Assembly: GCA_949286725.1 (NCBI GenBank)
Contig: CASECZ010000002.1
Location: 420,632-484,631 of the forward strand
Source: an uncultured Clostridia bacterium
GTDB lineage: Bacteria; Bacillota; Clostridia; Christensenellales; CAG-917
Reading direction: 5' to 3'
Length of the DNA: 64,000 nt
The notes below the pieces were generated by a model. It was not told where the DNA came from. It saw only the letters and a list, made by a program, of their open reading frames with translations, and made no database searches. The translations under genes were made by a program, and so were the position numbers. This document shows, piece by piece, positions 36,240 to 46,070 of the stretch (position 1 is its first letter; the number at the start of each line of letters is the position of its first letter).

Positions 36240-36902
36240 CTATTTTTTGGATACGACGTCGCCCGTTGCGGGGTCGACGAGCATTGCCCAGTAGTCCACG
36301 CCTTCGCCGATGAAGGACACGTAGTAATAATAGGTTTCGCGGTCGCCGCTTATCAGTTTGACGTAGATTTCGCGCGAGGGCTTGCCGTCCGCGCTTTCGG
36401 CGGCGATTCTGTCGGCGAACTCCTTGCGCGCTATGTTGACGACGTCGGAGGAGGAGAGTTTGCCCGCAAGCACGTCGGCGAGTTGTATTTCCTCCGTCGT
36501 TCCGTTTGCGGTCACGGACACGGAAACGGGGGCGAAGTCAAGCGTCAGCGTCTGGCGGAATTCGCCGAAATTGTTGCCCGTCAGCGTGCCCGACAGATTG
36601 GTGTTTTCCGCGTTCAGAAAATAGGAAATCTCCTCGAAATCGTTGGAGGTCAGGGGAGTGACGGTGATTTCCGCAAACTCCGCGACGTCGGTCGCTTTGC
36701 CGTCCGCTATGAATGGGTCTTCGCGCATTCCCTTTTCCACGGACACGGCGAAATTCTCGCTTTCACCCGTATAGAGTGCGGATACCGACCGCGAAACGTC
36801 GGAGGGCGTTTTGTCCGTGTCGGACTTGTTGCAGGCGGTCATCGCCACCGCAAGTACAAGGACCGTTATTGCTGCGAACACGATAAGGATTTTTCTTTTC
36901 AT
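36240..36902 (-). CDS. hypothetical lipoprotein
   Basis: Signal peptide with lipobox (..VAMTAC|NKSD). No family recognised. Confidence 0.7.
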   Translation of the reverse strand: MKRKILIVFAAITVLVLAVAMTACNKSDTDKTPSDVSRSVSALYTGESENFAVSVEKGMREDPFIADGKATDVAEFAEITVTPLTSNDFEEISYFLNAENTNLSGTLTGNNFGEFRQTLTLDFAPVSVSVTANGTTEEIQLADVLAGKLSSSDVVNIARKEFADRIAAESADGKPSREIYVKLISGDRETYYYYVSFIGEGVDYWAMLVDPATGDVVSKK

Positions 36903-37135
36903 ACCCAAAAACTATGACGTTTTGCCCGTATTTATGACTGTTTCGAGCCCCACGACAAAAAAATATTCGCTTTCGGTTAATTGCCCGTCTATTATCAAGT
37001 TTTCATTTTACGCGTGCCCGAGGAGGACCGTCGGGGCAAATTTGGTGTTGATTTTTCTTGCGTAATTGGTTATACTTACATTGCAAATCGACCGACTCGG
37101 CTCCGAGCGGACGACATAACACCTAGGAGGTAATT

Positions 37136-37408
37136 ATGAACAAGAACGATTTTGTGAAAGCAGTCGCCTGCAAAGCAGACCTCTCCATCAAGGACGCCAC
37201 CGCAGCGGTGGAAGCATTCTCCGATGTCATCGCAGACGCGCTTAAAGCCGGCGACAAAGTTGCCATCGCAGGTTTCGGAACTTTCGAACTCAAAAAGAAA
37301 GCGGAAAGAAGCGGCTTCAACCCCATCAAGAAAGAAGTCATCGTCATCCCCGCCAGCAATTCTCCCGTTCTTAAATTCGGCAAGGCGTTCAAGGATATGT
37401 TCAACTGA
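37136..37408 (+). CDS. hup: HU-family DNA-binding protein
   Basis: MNKNDFV..GFGTFELKKKAERSGFNP.. is a canonical HU. AGGAGG RBS. Terminator at 37422-37451. Confidence 0.95.
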   Translation: MNKNDFVKAVACKADLSIKDATAAVEAFSDVIADALKAGDKVAIAGFGTFELKKKAERSGFNPIKKEVIVIPASNSPVLKFGKAFKDMFN

Positions 37409-37545
37409 GCGAAACCACAATAAAAAGAGCACCCGCACAAGGGCGCTTTTTTTATGTCCTTTTCTGTCGCAACACTTTTCGAAAGTCTGTATTTTTGGAG
37501 AAACAAAACGACGGATTTGTATATATTTTTAAGGTCGGACAAGTG

Positions 37546-37574
37546 TTTACAAAGCGCGTCGGGGTTGGTATAAT
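37546..37574 (+). promoter_or_regulatory. promoter of the aminotransferase-kinase-aldolase operon (TTTACA-17-TATAAT)
   Basis: TTTACA at 37546-51 and TATAAT at 37569-74. Confidence 0.55.
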
Positions 37575-37607
37575 TTCAGTAATGATAAAAATTATGGGAG
37601 GCATTTT

Positions 37608-39110
37608 ATGTCAAACGGTTACGCAATATCAAACTGGCAGGACGCCAAGACCATCTACAAGGAACTGGCAGAACTGACCTCTAAACCCATTTACTGCATT
37701 TCCGACGAGGAACTCAAACGCGTCCTCGAACATTTCGACACCAAGTGTGCCAAGTCCAAGGAGATTATTTCCGAAGCGAAGAAGTACATCCCCGGCGGCG
37801 TTCAGCACAACCTCGCCTTCAACTTCCCCTTCCCGATTTGCATTACCAAGGCGGACGGCGCTTATCTCTACGACATCGACGGCAACAAGTACATCGACTT
37901 CCTGCAAGCGGGCGGTCCCACCGTTCTCGGCAGCAACTATCCCGCCGTCAGAGAAAAGGTGTTTGAACTGCTCAACGATTGCGGCCCCGTCACGGGTCTT
38001 TTCCACGAAGCCGAACTCCTGCTTGCGAAAGAAGTCAACAAGCATATGCCTGCTTGCGAAAAATTCCGTATGCTCGGTTCCGGCACCGAGTCCGTCATGG
38101 CGGCAATCCGCGTCGCAAGATGCGTCACCCGCAACAAGCGCGTCATCAAGATCGGCGGCGCATATCACGGCTGGTCCGATCAGATGGTCTACGGTCTGAA
38201 AATTCCCGGAAGCCGCAACTTCCTCGAATCTCACGGCATCCCCGGCGGTTGCTTCGCGAAGACGGACGAAGTTCGCCCCAACGACCTCAACATGCTGGAA
38301 GCCATGCTCCGTAAGAACAAAATGCGCGGCGGCACCGCGGCGGTCATCGTCGAACCCGTCGGTCCCGAAAGCGGCACCCGTCCCGTCGACTTTGATTACA
38401 ACAAGAAAGCCCTCGAACTGGCTCACAAATACGACGCGCTGTTCATCTTCGACGAAGTCGTTACCGGCTTCCGCGTAGGTCTCGGCGGCGCGCAGGGCTA
38501 CTTTGGCATCAAACCCGACCTCACCATCTTCGGCAAGGTCATCGCGGGCGGCTATCCCTCTGCGGGCGGCGTCGGCGGCAAGAAAGAGTATATCGACCAC
38601 ATGGCGGCAGGCGTTGCGGGCATGGGCAAGCGCGCTTACGTCGGCGGCACTCTCGCTGCAAACCCCCTCTCCGCATATGCAGGATACTGCTGCATCAAGG
38701 AAATCGAACGCACCGACGCTTGCGCCAAGGCAGGCAAAGCGGGCGACAGAATCACCCAGGGTCTCAAACAACTCATCGCAAAATACAATCTGCCTTTCGT
38801 GGCATACAACCAGGGTTCCATCGTTCACCTCGAATGCACGGGCGCAATGAGCTATGATTTCAGTTCCATGAGCGTGCTCGGCTCCGTCATCCCGATGCTC
38901 AAAGCCAAGGACGAGATGATGAACAGAAAGGTCGCAATGGAACAGATGGGTGCCGCGTATATGGCAAACGGCATCGTGACGCTCGCCGGCAGCAGACTTT
39001 ACACCTCCATGGCAGACACGGACGAAGTCATCGACGACGCACTTGCCCGTTTCGAGAACGTGTTCAAGACGGTTGTTCCCGTCACGCGCGAACTCAACAA
39101 AAAAGGTTGA
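37608..39110 (+). CDS. class-III PLP aminotransferase / glutamate-1-semialdehyde aminomutase-like enzyme (long form, 500 aa)
   Basis: GSGTESVMAAIRVAR, FDEVVTGFR, and FGKVIAGGYP with the PLP lysine. N- and C-terminal extensions relative to HemL-size proteins. Confidence 0.85.
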   Translation: MSNGYAISNWQDAKTIYKELAELTSKPIYCISDEELKRVLEHFDTKCAKSKEIISEAKKYIPGGVQHNLAFNFPFPICITKADGAYLYDIDGNKYIDFLQAGGPTVLGSNYPAVREKVFELLNDCGPVTGLFHEAELLLAKEVNKHMPACEKFRMLGSGTESVMAAIRVARCVTRNKRVIKIGGAYHGWSDQMVYGLKIPGSRNFLESHGIPGGCFAKTDEVRPNDLNMLEAMLRKNKMRGGTAAVIVEPVGPESGTRPVDFDYNKKALELAHKYDALFIFDEVVTGFRVGLGGAQGYFGIKPDLTIFGKVIAGGYPSAGGVGGKKEYIDHMAAGVAGMGKRAYVGGTLAANPLSAYAGYCCIKEIERTDACAKAGKAGDRITQGLKQLIAKYNLPFVAYNQGSIVHLECTGAMSYDFSSMSVLGSVIPMLKAKDEMMNRKVAMEQMGAAYMANGIVTLAGSRLYTSMADTDEVIDDALARFENVFKTVVPVTRELNKKG

Positions 39111-39119
39111 GAAATTATG

Positions 39120-39149
39120 ACACGAGCGAGCGTTTTTGCTCGCTCGTGT
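39120..39149 (+). other. 12-bp perfect intercistronic stem-loop
   Basis: ACACGAGCGAGC-GTTTTT-GCTCGCTCGTGT with no T tail, followed by a second CCCCG..CGGGG hairpin. Confidence 0.6.
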
Positions 39150-39214
39150 GCTATAATGTCTTCGCAAGCCCCGTTATGCGGGGATTTGCCACATTCCGTA
39201 TGAAGGGGTAAACT

Positions 39215-40747
39215 ATGAATTACATCATTTCACACGACATCGGCACCAGTTCCGACAAGGCCGTTCTGGTCGATTTCAACGGGACCATCATCACCACGGT
39301 CGCCGAACCGTATCCGACCTATTATCCCGCACCCGCTCACGTCGAGCAGGACCCCAACGATTACTGGAAAGCGGTCTGCATCACGACCAAAGCCATAATC
39401 AAGAAGGCGGGCATTCAACCCGAGGACGTAAAAGGCATCGTTTTCTCCACGCAGGCGCAGGGCGTCATTCCCGTGGACGAGAACGGCAACAACCTCATGA
39501 ACAACATCACCTGGGTTGACGGCAGAGCGGAGAAGCAGGCGCAGGCGATTATGAACCGTCTCGGCGGCAAGAAGCTGTTCACGATGTTGGTCGGCACTCC
39601 CATTATGGGCAAGGACTGCATCGCAAAAATGGCGTGGGTCCGCGACGAGAAACCCGAAGTTTTCGCCAAGACCAAATACTTCCTCGACGTCAACGGCTGG
39701 CTCAAATTCAAGTGCACGGGCAAGATGTACGCGGAACTCTCCGGCGCGTCCTCTTACGGTCTCGACCTCAAAAAGAAGACCTGGATGAGCGCGTTCCCGC
39801 TTGTCGGCGTCGATATGAAGAAGTTGCCGCCTCTCTGCAAGAGCACCGATATGATAGGCGATGGTCTGACCGCGCTTGCCGCGGCGGAAACCGGGCTCGT
39901 CAAGGGCACGCCCGTTTTCGGCGGTTGCGACGACGTTCAGTCCGCGGTCGTCGGCAGCGGTATGACGGGTGACGGCGAAATTCACATTTACCTCGGCACT
40001 TCCGCGTGGGTTGCCGCTCCTTCCAGAAACGCGACCAAGTTCATGCACGGCGCAGCGGCGATTCAGTCCGCCGACCCCGAAATGAACCTCATTGCGGGCA
40101 TCACCGAAGCCGCGGGCAGCAACATTCAGTGGATTTGCGACCAGTTCTTCAAACACGAGAAGGAACAGCTGGGCGACGGTATATACGCGTATATGGACAG
40201 CGTCATCGACGACGTCCCCGCGGGCTCCGACCACCTCATCTGCACTCCGTGGATGCAGGGCGAAAGATGCCCCGTATCCAGCACCACGACCCGTTCCACG
40301 CTGTTCAACATCAACCCCATTCATACCCGTGAACATCTTATGCGCGCGGTTTACGAGGGCGTTGCTTACAACCTGCGCTGGATACTCGAAAATTACCGTA
40401 AGGACTACGGTTTCGAGGGCAACAACTTCCGCATCATAGGCGGCGGTGCGCTGGACAAGGGCTGGATGCAGATCATCGCAGACGTCACGGGTTGCAATTT
40501 CTCCGTCGTGAAGAACCCCAGAAACGCGGGCGCACTCGGTTGCGCGATCGTCGCGCTCATCGGCCTCGGAGAACTCAAGAACTTCTCCTGTGCCAAAGAT
40601 TTCGTGCAGATTGAGGCGAGTTACAAGCCCAATCCCGCAAACAAAGCAATATACGACAAACTTTTCGCCGATTACAAGACTTTGTATCTGGCGCTCAAAC
40701 GGCCGTACATAACGGCAAATGCCAAGAGATTCGAGGGGATGGAATGA
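39215..40747 (+). CDS. FGGY-family carbohydrate kinase
   Basis: N-terminal HDIGTSSDKAVLVD and the later GGGALD motifs typical of FGGY (xylulo-/glycerol-kinase-like) enzymes. Confidence 0.85.
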   Translation: MNYIISHDIGTSSDKAVLVDFNGTIITTVAEPYPTYYPAPAHVEQDPNDYWKAVCITTKAIIKKAGIQPEDVKGIVFSTQAQGVIPVDENGNNLMNNITWVDGRAEKQAQAIMNRLGGKKLFTMLVGTPIMGKDCIAKMAWVRDEKPEVFAKTKYFLDVNGWLKFKCTGKMYAELSGASSYGLDLKKKTWMSAFPLVGVDMKKLPPLCKSTDMIGDGLTALAAAETGLVKGTPVFGGCDDVQSAVVGSGMTGDGEIHIYLGTSAWVAAPSRNATKFMHGAAAIQSADPEMNLIAGITEAAGSNIQWICDQFFKHEKEQLGDGIYAYMDSVIDDVPAGSDHLICTPWMQGERCPVSSTTTRSTLFNINPIHTREHLMRAVYEGVAYNLRWILENYRKDYGFEGNNFRIIGGGALDKGWMQIIADVTGCNFSVVKNPRNAGALGCAIVALIGLGELKNFSCAKDFVQIEASYKPNPANKAIYDKLFADYKTLYLALKRPYITANAKRFEGME

Positions 40748-41991
40748 AAAACGAACACATTTACGCAAGTATGAAGAAGTACGCCGCCGAGCTGTTCGCC
40801 GACGGTTATATCGAGAGCGGCTACATCGCCGCCAAAGCCGACGAGGGTATGTACATCACCACGCCCGACGCCGACTTCGCCGACCTCAAAGAAGAGCAGG
40901 TCGCATTCGTTACGGACAAGACCGTGGAGCAACTCGAAGGCAACTTCCGTGCGGCGGCGGTCGTGTTGCTGTGCGCGCTCAAAGCCAAAAAGGACGCGGG
41001 TGCCGCGGCGATAGTCGACAGTAAGAGCATTCTCGAATTCTCCCGGAAGAGAATGACTTTGCCTCCCGTCCTCGAAGACATGTCTCAGATTTGCGGCATC
41101 AGCGTGCGCGCGGCGAAGAAAAACACCGCAGCCGAAACCGTTGCCGCGCTTGCCGGACTCAGAAACGCGTGCTTCCTTCCCGAAGCGGGCGCGGTTGTCA
41201 CGGGACGCACCCTTGCGGAAATCTATACGGGGACGCTCGTTCTCGACAAATCCGCAAACGGTTATCTGCTCGCCGAAAAGAAGGGCGGCATCAAACACCT
41301 CAACGCATTCGAAGCCAGCGTAGAGCACATTGTGTATAAGCTGAAATATTCCAAGAAGAACCAGGACAGCCAGAAGGCGGCGGAAGCGGGCAAGGAAGTA
41401 GACCTCGCCGAAAAACCCTCCGCAATCGTCACCGACGAGCTTAAAAAGGTCGCGCAGGACATAAAAGACGCCGGCGTCAAACTGCTGGAAGAGAACCTCG
41501 TGCAGGGCACCTGGGGCAACATCGCGGTCAGACTCGGCGACAAGGAGATGATGGCGACGCCTTCCGCGCTCGACTACATCATGCTAAAACCCGAACAGAT
41601 GGCAATAGTCGATATGGAGACGATGGAGTGGAAAGGCTCCAATAAGCCCACCAGCGAAAAGGGCGTGCACGCCAAAATCCTGCTTGCACACCCCGAAACC
41701 AACGCAACGGTGCACACTCATCCCTTCTACGGCAGCATACTTGCCGCAATGAGACAGCCTTTGCCCGTCCCCGAGAAATACCGCGACATACTTGGCGACG
41801 TCGTGCCCGTCAGCAAGTTCGGTCCTTCCGGCACGGGTATGCTGGTCAAGAACACTGCCGAAGCAATCGGCAACGCGCCCTGCTGCTTTATGGCAAGCCA
41901 CGGCGTCATCGCCCGCGGCAAGGACCTCGAAGAGGCGTTTGCAATCTGCCGTGCGCTCGAAGACGCGTGCAAGGATTATCTCCTCGGCTGA
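40744..41991 (+). CDS. tandem class-II aldolase/adducin-domain protein
   Basis: Two aldolase_II-like halves. The C-terminal half keeps the metal ligands (..HAKILLAHPETNATVHTHPFYG..). The start overlaps the kinase stop. Confidence 0.8.
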   Translation: MKNEHIYASMKKYAAELFADGYIESGYIAAKADEGMYITTPDADFADLKEEQVAFVTDKTVEQLEGNFRAAAVVLLCALKAKKDAGAAAIVDSKSILEFSRKRMTLPPVLEDMSQICGISVRAAKKNTAAETVAALAGLRNACFLPEAGAVVTGRTLAEIYTGTLVLDKSANGYLLAEKKGGIKHLNAFEASVEHIVYKLKYSKKNQDSQKAAEAGKEVDLAEKPSAIVTDELKKVAQDIKDAGVKLLEENLVQGTWGNIAVRLGDKEMMATPSALDYIMLKPEQMAIVDMETMEWKGSNKPTSEKGVHAKILLAHPETNATVHTHPFYGSILAAMRQPLPVPEKYRDILGDVVPVSKFGPSGTGMLVKNTAEAIGNAPCCFMASHGVIARGKDLEEAFAICRALEDACKDYLLG

Positions 41992-42011
41992 CGGCTTTTT
42001 AACGTATTCGG

Positions 42012-42046
42012 AGCGGAAGACCGCGTTGCGGTTTTCCGCTTTTTTG
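42012..42046 (+). terminator. rho-independent terminator
   Basis: AGCGGAAGACCGC-GTT-GCGGTTTTCCGCT plus TTTTT. Confidence 0.8.
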
Positions 42047-42220
42047 TTGCTTTGAGAGCTGCTTTTCGCCCGCACGCGAAAAATGTCTCATTATGTCGTA
42101 CTCCCAAGGGGCTATGCGTACTTTAAGGGGGAGCTTTTATTTATAATGTGAATATGTTTTTCGTACGGGCGGCCGCGTGCGCATATCCGCGTCGGCGCGT
42201 CGTGCGTATAAGGAGCGCGA

Positions 42221-42793
42221 ATGAAACTTTTGGAAGAGCGCATCCTCAGGGACGGCAAAGTCTATCCCGGAGAGGTGCTGAAAGTAGGCGGGTTTCTCAA
42301 TCATCTCATCGATGACGCTTTACTTGAGCAAATCGGCACGGAGATTTACGCGCTTTTCAAGGACGACAACGTCACCAAAATTATGACCATAGAAGCATCG
42401 GGTATCGCAATCGCCTGCTACGCAGCACGCCATTTCCACGCCCCGGTGCTTTTTGCTAAGAAATCCAAAACCGCAAACATCTCGTCCGATTGCTTCACCG
42501 CACAGGTCAAAAGCTATACCCACGGCAACACCAGCACCGTTTTCGTCGAGAAGGAATATCTTCGTCCCGAGGACAGAATACTCATTATAGACGACTTCCT
42601 CGCTCACGGAGAGGCGTTGCGCGGGCTCATCTCGCTCACCGACCAGGCGGGGGCGCATCTCGTGGGCTGCGCAATCGCCATCGAGAAGGGTTTTCAGGGC
42701 GGAGGAGACGCTCTGCGTGCGCAAGGTGTCAAAGTCTGTTCGCTCGCGGTTGTGGACAGTATGGAGGGCGGCAAGGTGACTTTCAGGGAGTAG
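42221..42793 (+). CDS. xpt: xanthine phosphoribosyltransferase
   Basis: MKLLEERI..DGKV..LKV..FLNH.. and the PRPP loop ILIIDDFLAHGEA. 190 aa. Confidence 0.9.
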   Translation: MKLLEERILRDGKVYPGEVLKVGGFLNHLIDDALLEQIGTEIYALFKDDNVTKIMTIEASGIAIACYAARHFHAPVLFAKKSKTANISSDCFTAQVKSYTHGNTSTVFVEKEYLRPEDRILIIDDFLAHGEALRGLISLTDQAGAHLVGCAIAIEKGFQGGGDALRAQGVKVCSLAVVDSMEGGKVTFRE

Positions 42794-42850
42794 TCACTCC
42801 GCCTTTTTTGGTTGTCAATAAGCCGAAAGGCATAAAATACGGAGGTTTCT

Positions 42851-44128
42851 ATGAAGAAAAAAATCTTGGCACTTGTGCTCGTACTCGCACTTGTGGCATC
42901 TCTCGCGGTCGCTCTGGTTGCCTGCAACCCCGAAACGCCCGCGGAAACGACCATTTCCTTCAAGCCCATTGCTGCGGAAAACATCAAGTTCGGTCTTATC
43001 TGCCTGCACGACGAGAACAGCACCTATGACAAGAACTTTATCGACGCGGCGAAAAACGCCATCAAGGCTTGCGGTCTCAGCGATAGCCAACTCGTCATCA
43101 CGACCGGTATCCCCGAATCCAACGCTTGCTACGAAGCCGCAATCGAACTCGTCGACCAAGGCTGCAACATCATTTTCGCAAACAGCTTCGGTCACGAATC
43201 GTACTTGCTCCAGGCTGCAAAAGAGAACCCCAATGTTCGTTTTGCACACGCCACCGGCACGACGGCTCACACCGAATTGCAGGCAAACTTCTACAACGCC
43301 TTTGCGTCCATCTATGAAGGCCGTTATCTTGCAGGCGTTGCCGCAGGTCTGAAACTTCTCGAATCGAAACCCGGTAACGAATCTTACAAACTTGGTTACG
43401 TCGGTGCATACACTTATGCGGAAGTCGTTTCCGGTTACACCTCCTTCTATCTCGGTGCAAAATCCGTCATTGAAGAAGCAGGCAAAACCGTGACGATGGA
43501 CGTCACCTTCACGGGCAGCTGGTATGACGAAACTGCGGAAAAGAACGCGGCAATCAAACTTATTGATCCCAATGGCGCGACCAAAGCCGATCTCGTGAGC
43601 CAGCACGCGGACAGTATGGGCGCACCTATTGCTTGCGAAGAAGCGGGTATCCCCAACGTCACCTACAACATCAGCACTCAGAGTGCTTGCTCCAAAACTT
43701 ACGTCATCGGTTCCAGAGTCAACTGGGAGCCTTACTTCGAATACCTCATCAACTGCACCGAGAATGGTGTTACCGCGGTCGGTTTTGACTGGTGCGGCGG
43801 TCTTGGCAACAATCCCGAGAACTACCTTGTAGGCGGTTCCGTCGAAGTCCTCGAAATCGGTACGGCAGCAGCAGCAGGCACTGCCGAAAAACTTGCCGAA
43901 GTCGCGGCACAGCTCAAAGCAGGCACGCTCAACGTGTTTGACACCGCAAACTTCACCGTCGGCGGCAAGGCTCTCACCGAGTACCTTGCAGACGTTGACA
44001 CCGACGCAAACTACGAGAAAGACACCCAGGTCATCTCCAACGGTGTGTTCCTCGAATCCGTTTACCGTTCTGCACCTTACTTCGATCTGCAGATAGACGG
44101 CATCACTCTTCTCGACACTGCTTTCTAA
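42851..44128 (+). CDS. BMP-family (PnrA/Med-like) ABC substrate-binding lipoprotein
   Basis: Lipobox LVAC|NPE and BMP-like sequence. It is followed by a 14-15 bp stem-loop at 44140-44174. Confidence 0.85.
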   Translation: MKKKILALVLVLALVASLAVALVACNPETPAETTISFKPIAAENIKFGLICLHDENSTYDKNFIDAAKNAIKACGLSDSQLVITTGIPESNACYEAAIELVDQGCNIIFANSFGHESYLLQAAKENPNVRFAHATGTTAHTELQANFYNAFASIYEGRYLAGVAAGLKLLESKPGNESYKLGYVGAYTYAEVVSGYTSFYLGAKSVIEEAGKTVTMDVTFTGSWYDETAEKNAAIKLIDPNGATKADLVSQHADSMGAPIACEEAGIPNVTYNISTQSACSKTYVIGSRVNWEPYFEYLINCTENGVTAVGFDWCGGLGNNPENYLVGGSVEVLEIGTAAAAGTAEKLAEVAAQLKAGTLNVFDTANFTVGGKALTEYLADVDTDANYEKDTQVISNGVFLESVYRSAPYFDLQIDGITLLDTAF

Positions 44129-44206
44129 GCAAAAACTTTCGTTTATCGGCGGGGAGCAATCCCCGCCGATAACGAACACTCGTTGTTCAATTACGGAGGG
44201 AACTGT

Positions 44207-46070
44207 ATGGCAAGCTCCGTTGCCGTTCAGCTGAAAGGCATTTCAAAATACTTCGGCGAAGTTGTTGCCAACAAAAATGTGGACCTCACCGTTTATCGCG
44301 GTGAGATTTTGTCTGTTCTCGGAGAGAACGGCAGCGGCAAAACCACGCTGCAAAACCACGCTTATGAATATGTTGTCGGGCATTTATTTCCCCGACGAAG
44401 GCGAGATTTCCGTCAACGGCGAGCCCGTCGTCATCCGTTCGCCCCGCGACGCATACGAATGCGGCATAGGAATGGTGCACCAGCATTTCAAACTCGTTGA
44501 CGTTTTCACCGCAATCGACAATATTATCCTCGGCGAGCACGCTCCGCGCTATTCGGTGAGCGAGCACGCTGCGGCATTGCGCGAAAAGGCGAACGCACCC
44601 CGTTACGTCGTCGACAATGACGACGCCGAGGCACCCGTAAAGACCGTGCGCGACACCGATACGCAGATGGGCAGAGCAATGCTCAAACTCAAAATTGCGG
44701 CGTTGCCTCTTGCCAAATTCGCCTACAAAGCCAAATTCAACTGGTTGCCCAGAAAACGCGGCGCGCGTGTGCGCGAAGTTGCCGCAAAATACGGCTTCGA
44801 TATCGACCTCAACAAGAAAATATACGATATGTCTGTCAGCGAAAAGCAGACTGTCGAAATCATAAAAGTACTTTATCGCGGTGCGGATATCCTCATTCTC
44901 GACGAGCCCACTGCCGTGCTAACCCCGCAGGAAACGGAAAAACTCTTCAACGTCATACGCAATATGCGCGACGACGGCAAGAGTATCATCATCATAACCC
45001 ACAAACTCAACGAGGTTATGGCAATCAGCGACCGCGTTGCCGTTCTGCGCAAAGGCGAGCACGTCGCCACCGTTAAGACCGCCGAAACCACGATTCCGCA
45101 ACTCACGGAAATGATGGTGGGGCACAAGACTGACCTCAACATACACCGTGCCGAGCCGCACGACTCCGAGGACAGATTGCTTGTCAGCGGCGTGTCGCTC
45201 ACCAACCACGAAGGAGTCAAGGTGCTTGACGATGTGTCCTTTGTGGCACGCTCGGGCGAGATACTCGGCATAGCGGGCATTGCGGGCAGCGGACAGCGCG
45301 AATTGCTGGAAACCATTGCGGGACTTATTCGTCCCAATGCGGGTACAATTACGTACAACGACCCCAACACAGGTTTTCAGGAAAATCTCGTGCGCAAATC
45401 GCCCGCGCAGATTCGCGAACTCGGCGTCAGATTGTCATTCGTGCCCGAAGACAGACTGGGTATGGGACTTGTCGGCAATATGGACATCATCGACAATATG
45501 ATGTTGCGCAGTTACAAACGCGGCAAGGTTCTGTACGTTGACGGCAAAAAAGTCAAAAACGACAAAAAAGGCGGTTCATCTGTACAAAATGATAGCGTAA
45601 AGCCCGCCTTGAAGCCGAAATCCAGTTCTCATTTCGACGGATTTTTCCTCGACAGAAAGCGCCCGAAACAGCTTGCCGAGGACATAATACGCGACCTCGA
45701 AGTCGTTACGCCCAGTTCTCACACCCCCGTACGCAGACTGTCGGGCGGCAACATTCAGAAGGTGCTGGTCGGACGTGAAATCGCGTCCGCGCCTACCGTG
45801 CTTATGGCGGCGTATCCCGTCAGAGGTCTGGATATCAACAGTTCTTACACCATATACAATCTGCTCAACGCCCAGAAGGAAAAGGGCGTGGCAGTCATTT
45901 ACGTCGGCGAAGACCTTGACGTCCTCATCGAACTCTGTGACCGCATTATGGTCATCTGCGCAGGCAAGATAACCGGCATTGTGGACGGAAGGTCCGTCCG
46001 TAAAGAGGAAATCGGTCTTTTGATGACTGCCGCTTCCGCAAACGCAAAGGAGGTGCCCGATGCTGAATAG
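44207..46070 (+). pseudogene. double-NBD ABC ATPase of the BMP-type importer, frameshifted by a 13-bp tandem duplication in Walker A
   Basis: Frame A reads MASSVAVQLKGISKYF..GENGSGKTTL and then runs into nonsense. Frame B resumes KTTLMNMLSGIYFPDEGEI.. through to the stop at 46070. Removing one copy of GCAAAACCACGCT restores GENGSGKTTLMNMLSG. Confidence 0.85.
44337..44362. repeat. perfect 13-bp tandem duplication (GCAAAACCACGCT x2)
   Basis: Read directly: 44337-44349 equals 44350-44362. Confidence 0.95.

Noticed and set aside
42047-42220. Searched upstream of xpt for a purine (guanine/xanthine) riboswitch.
   Set aside because: There is no TATAATCGCGTGGATATGG..CCGTAAAT-like three-way-junction core. 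Only a TATAAT promoter and a GC-rich leader are present.
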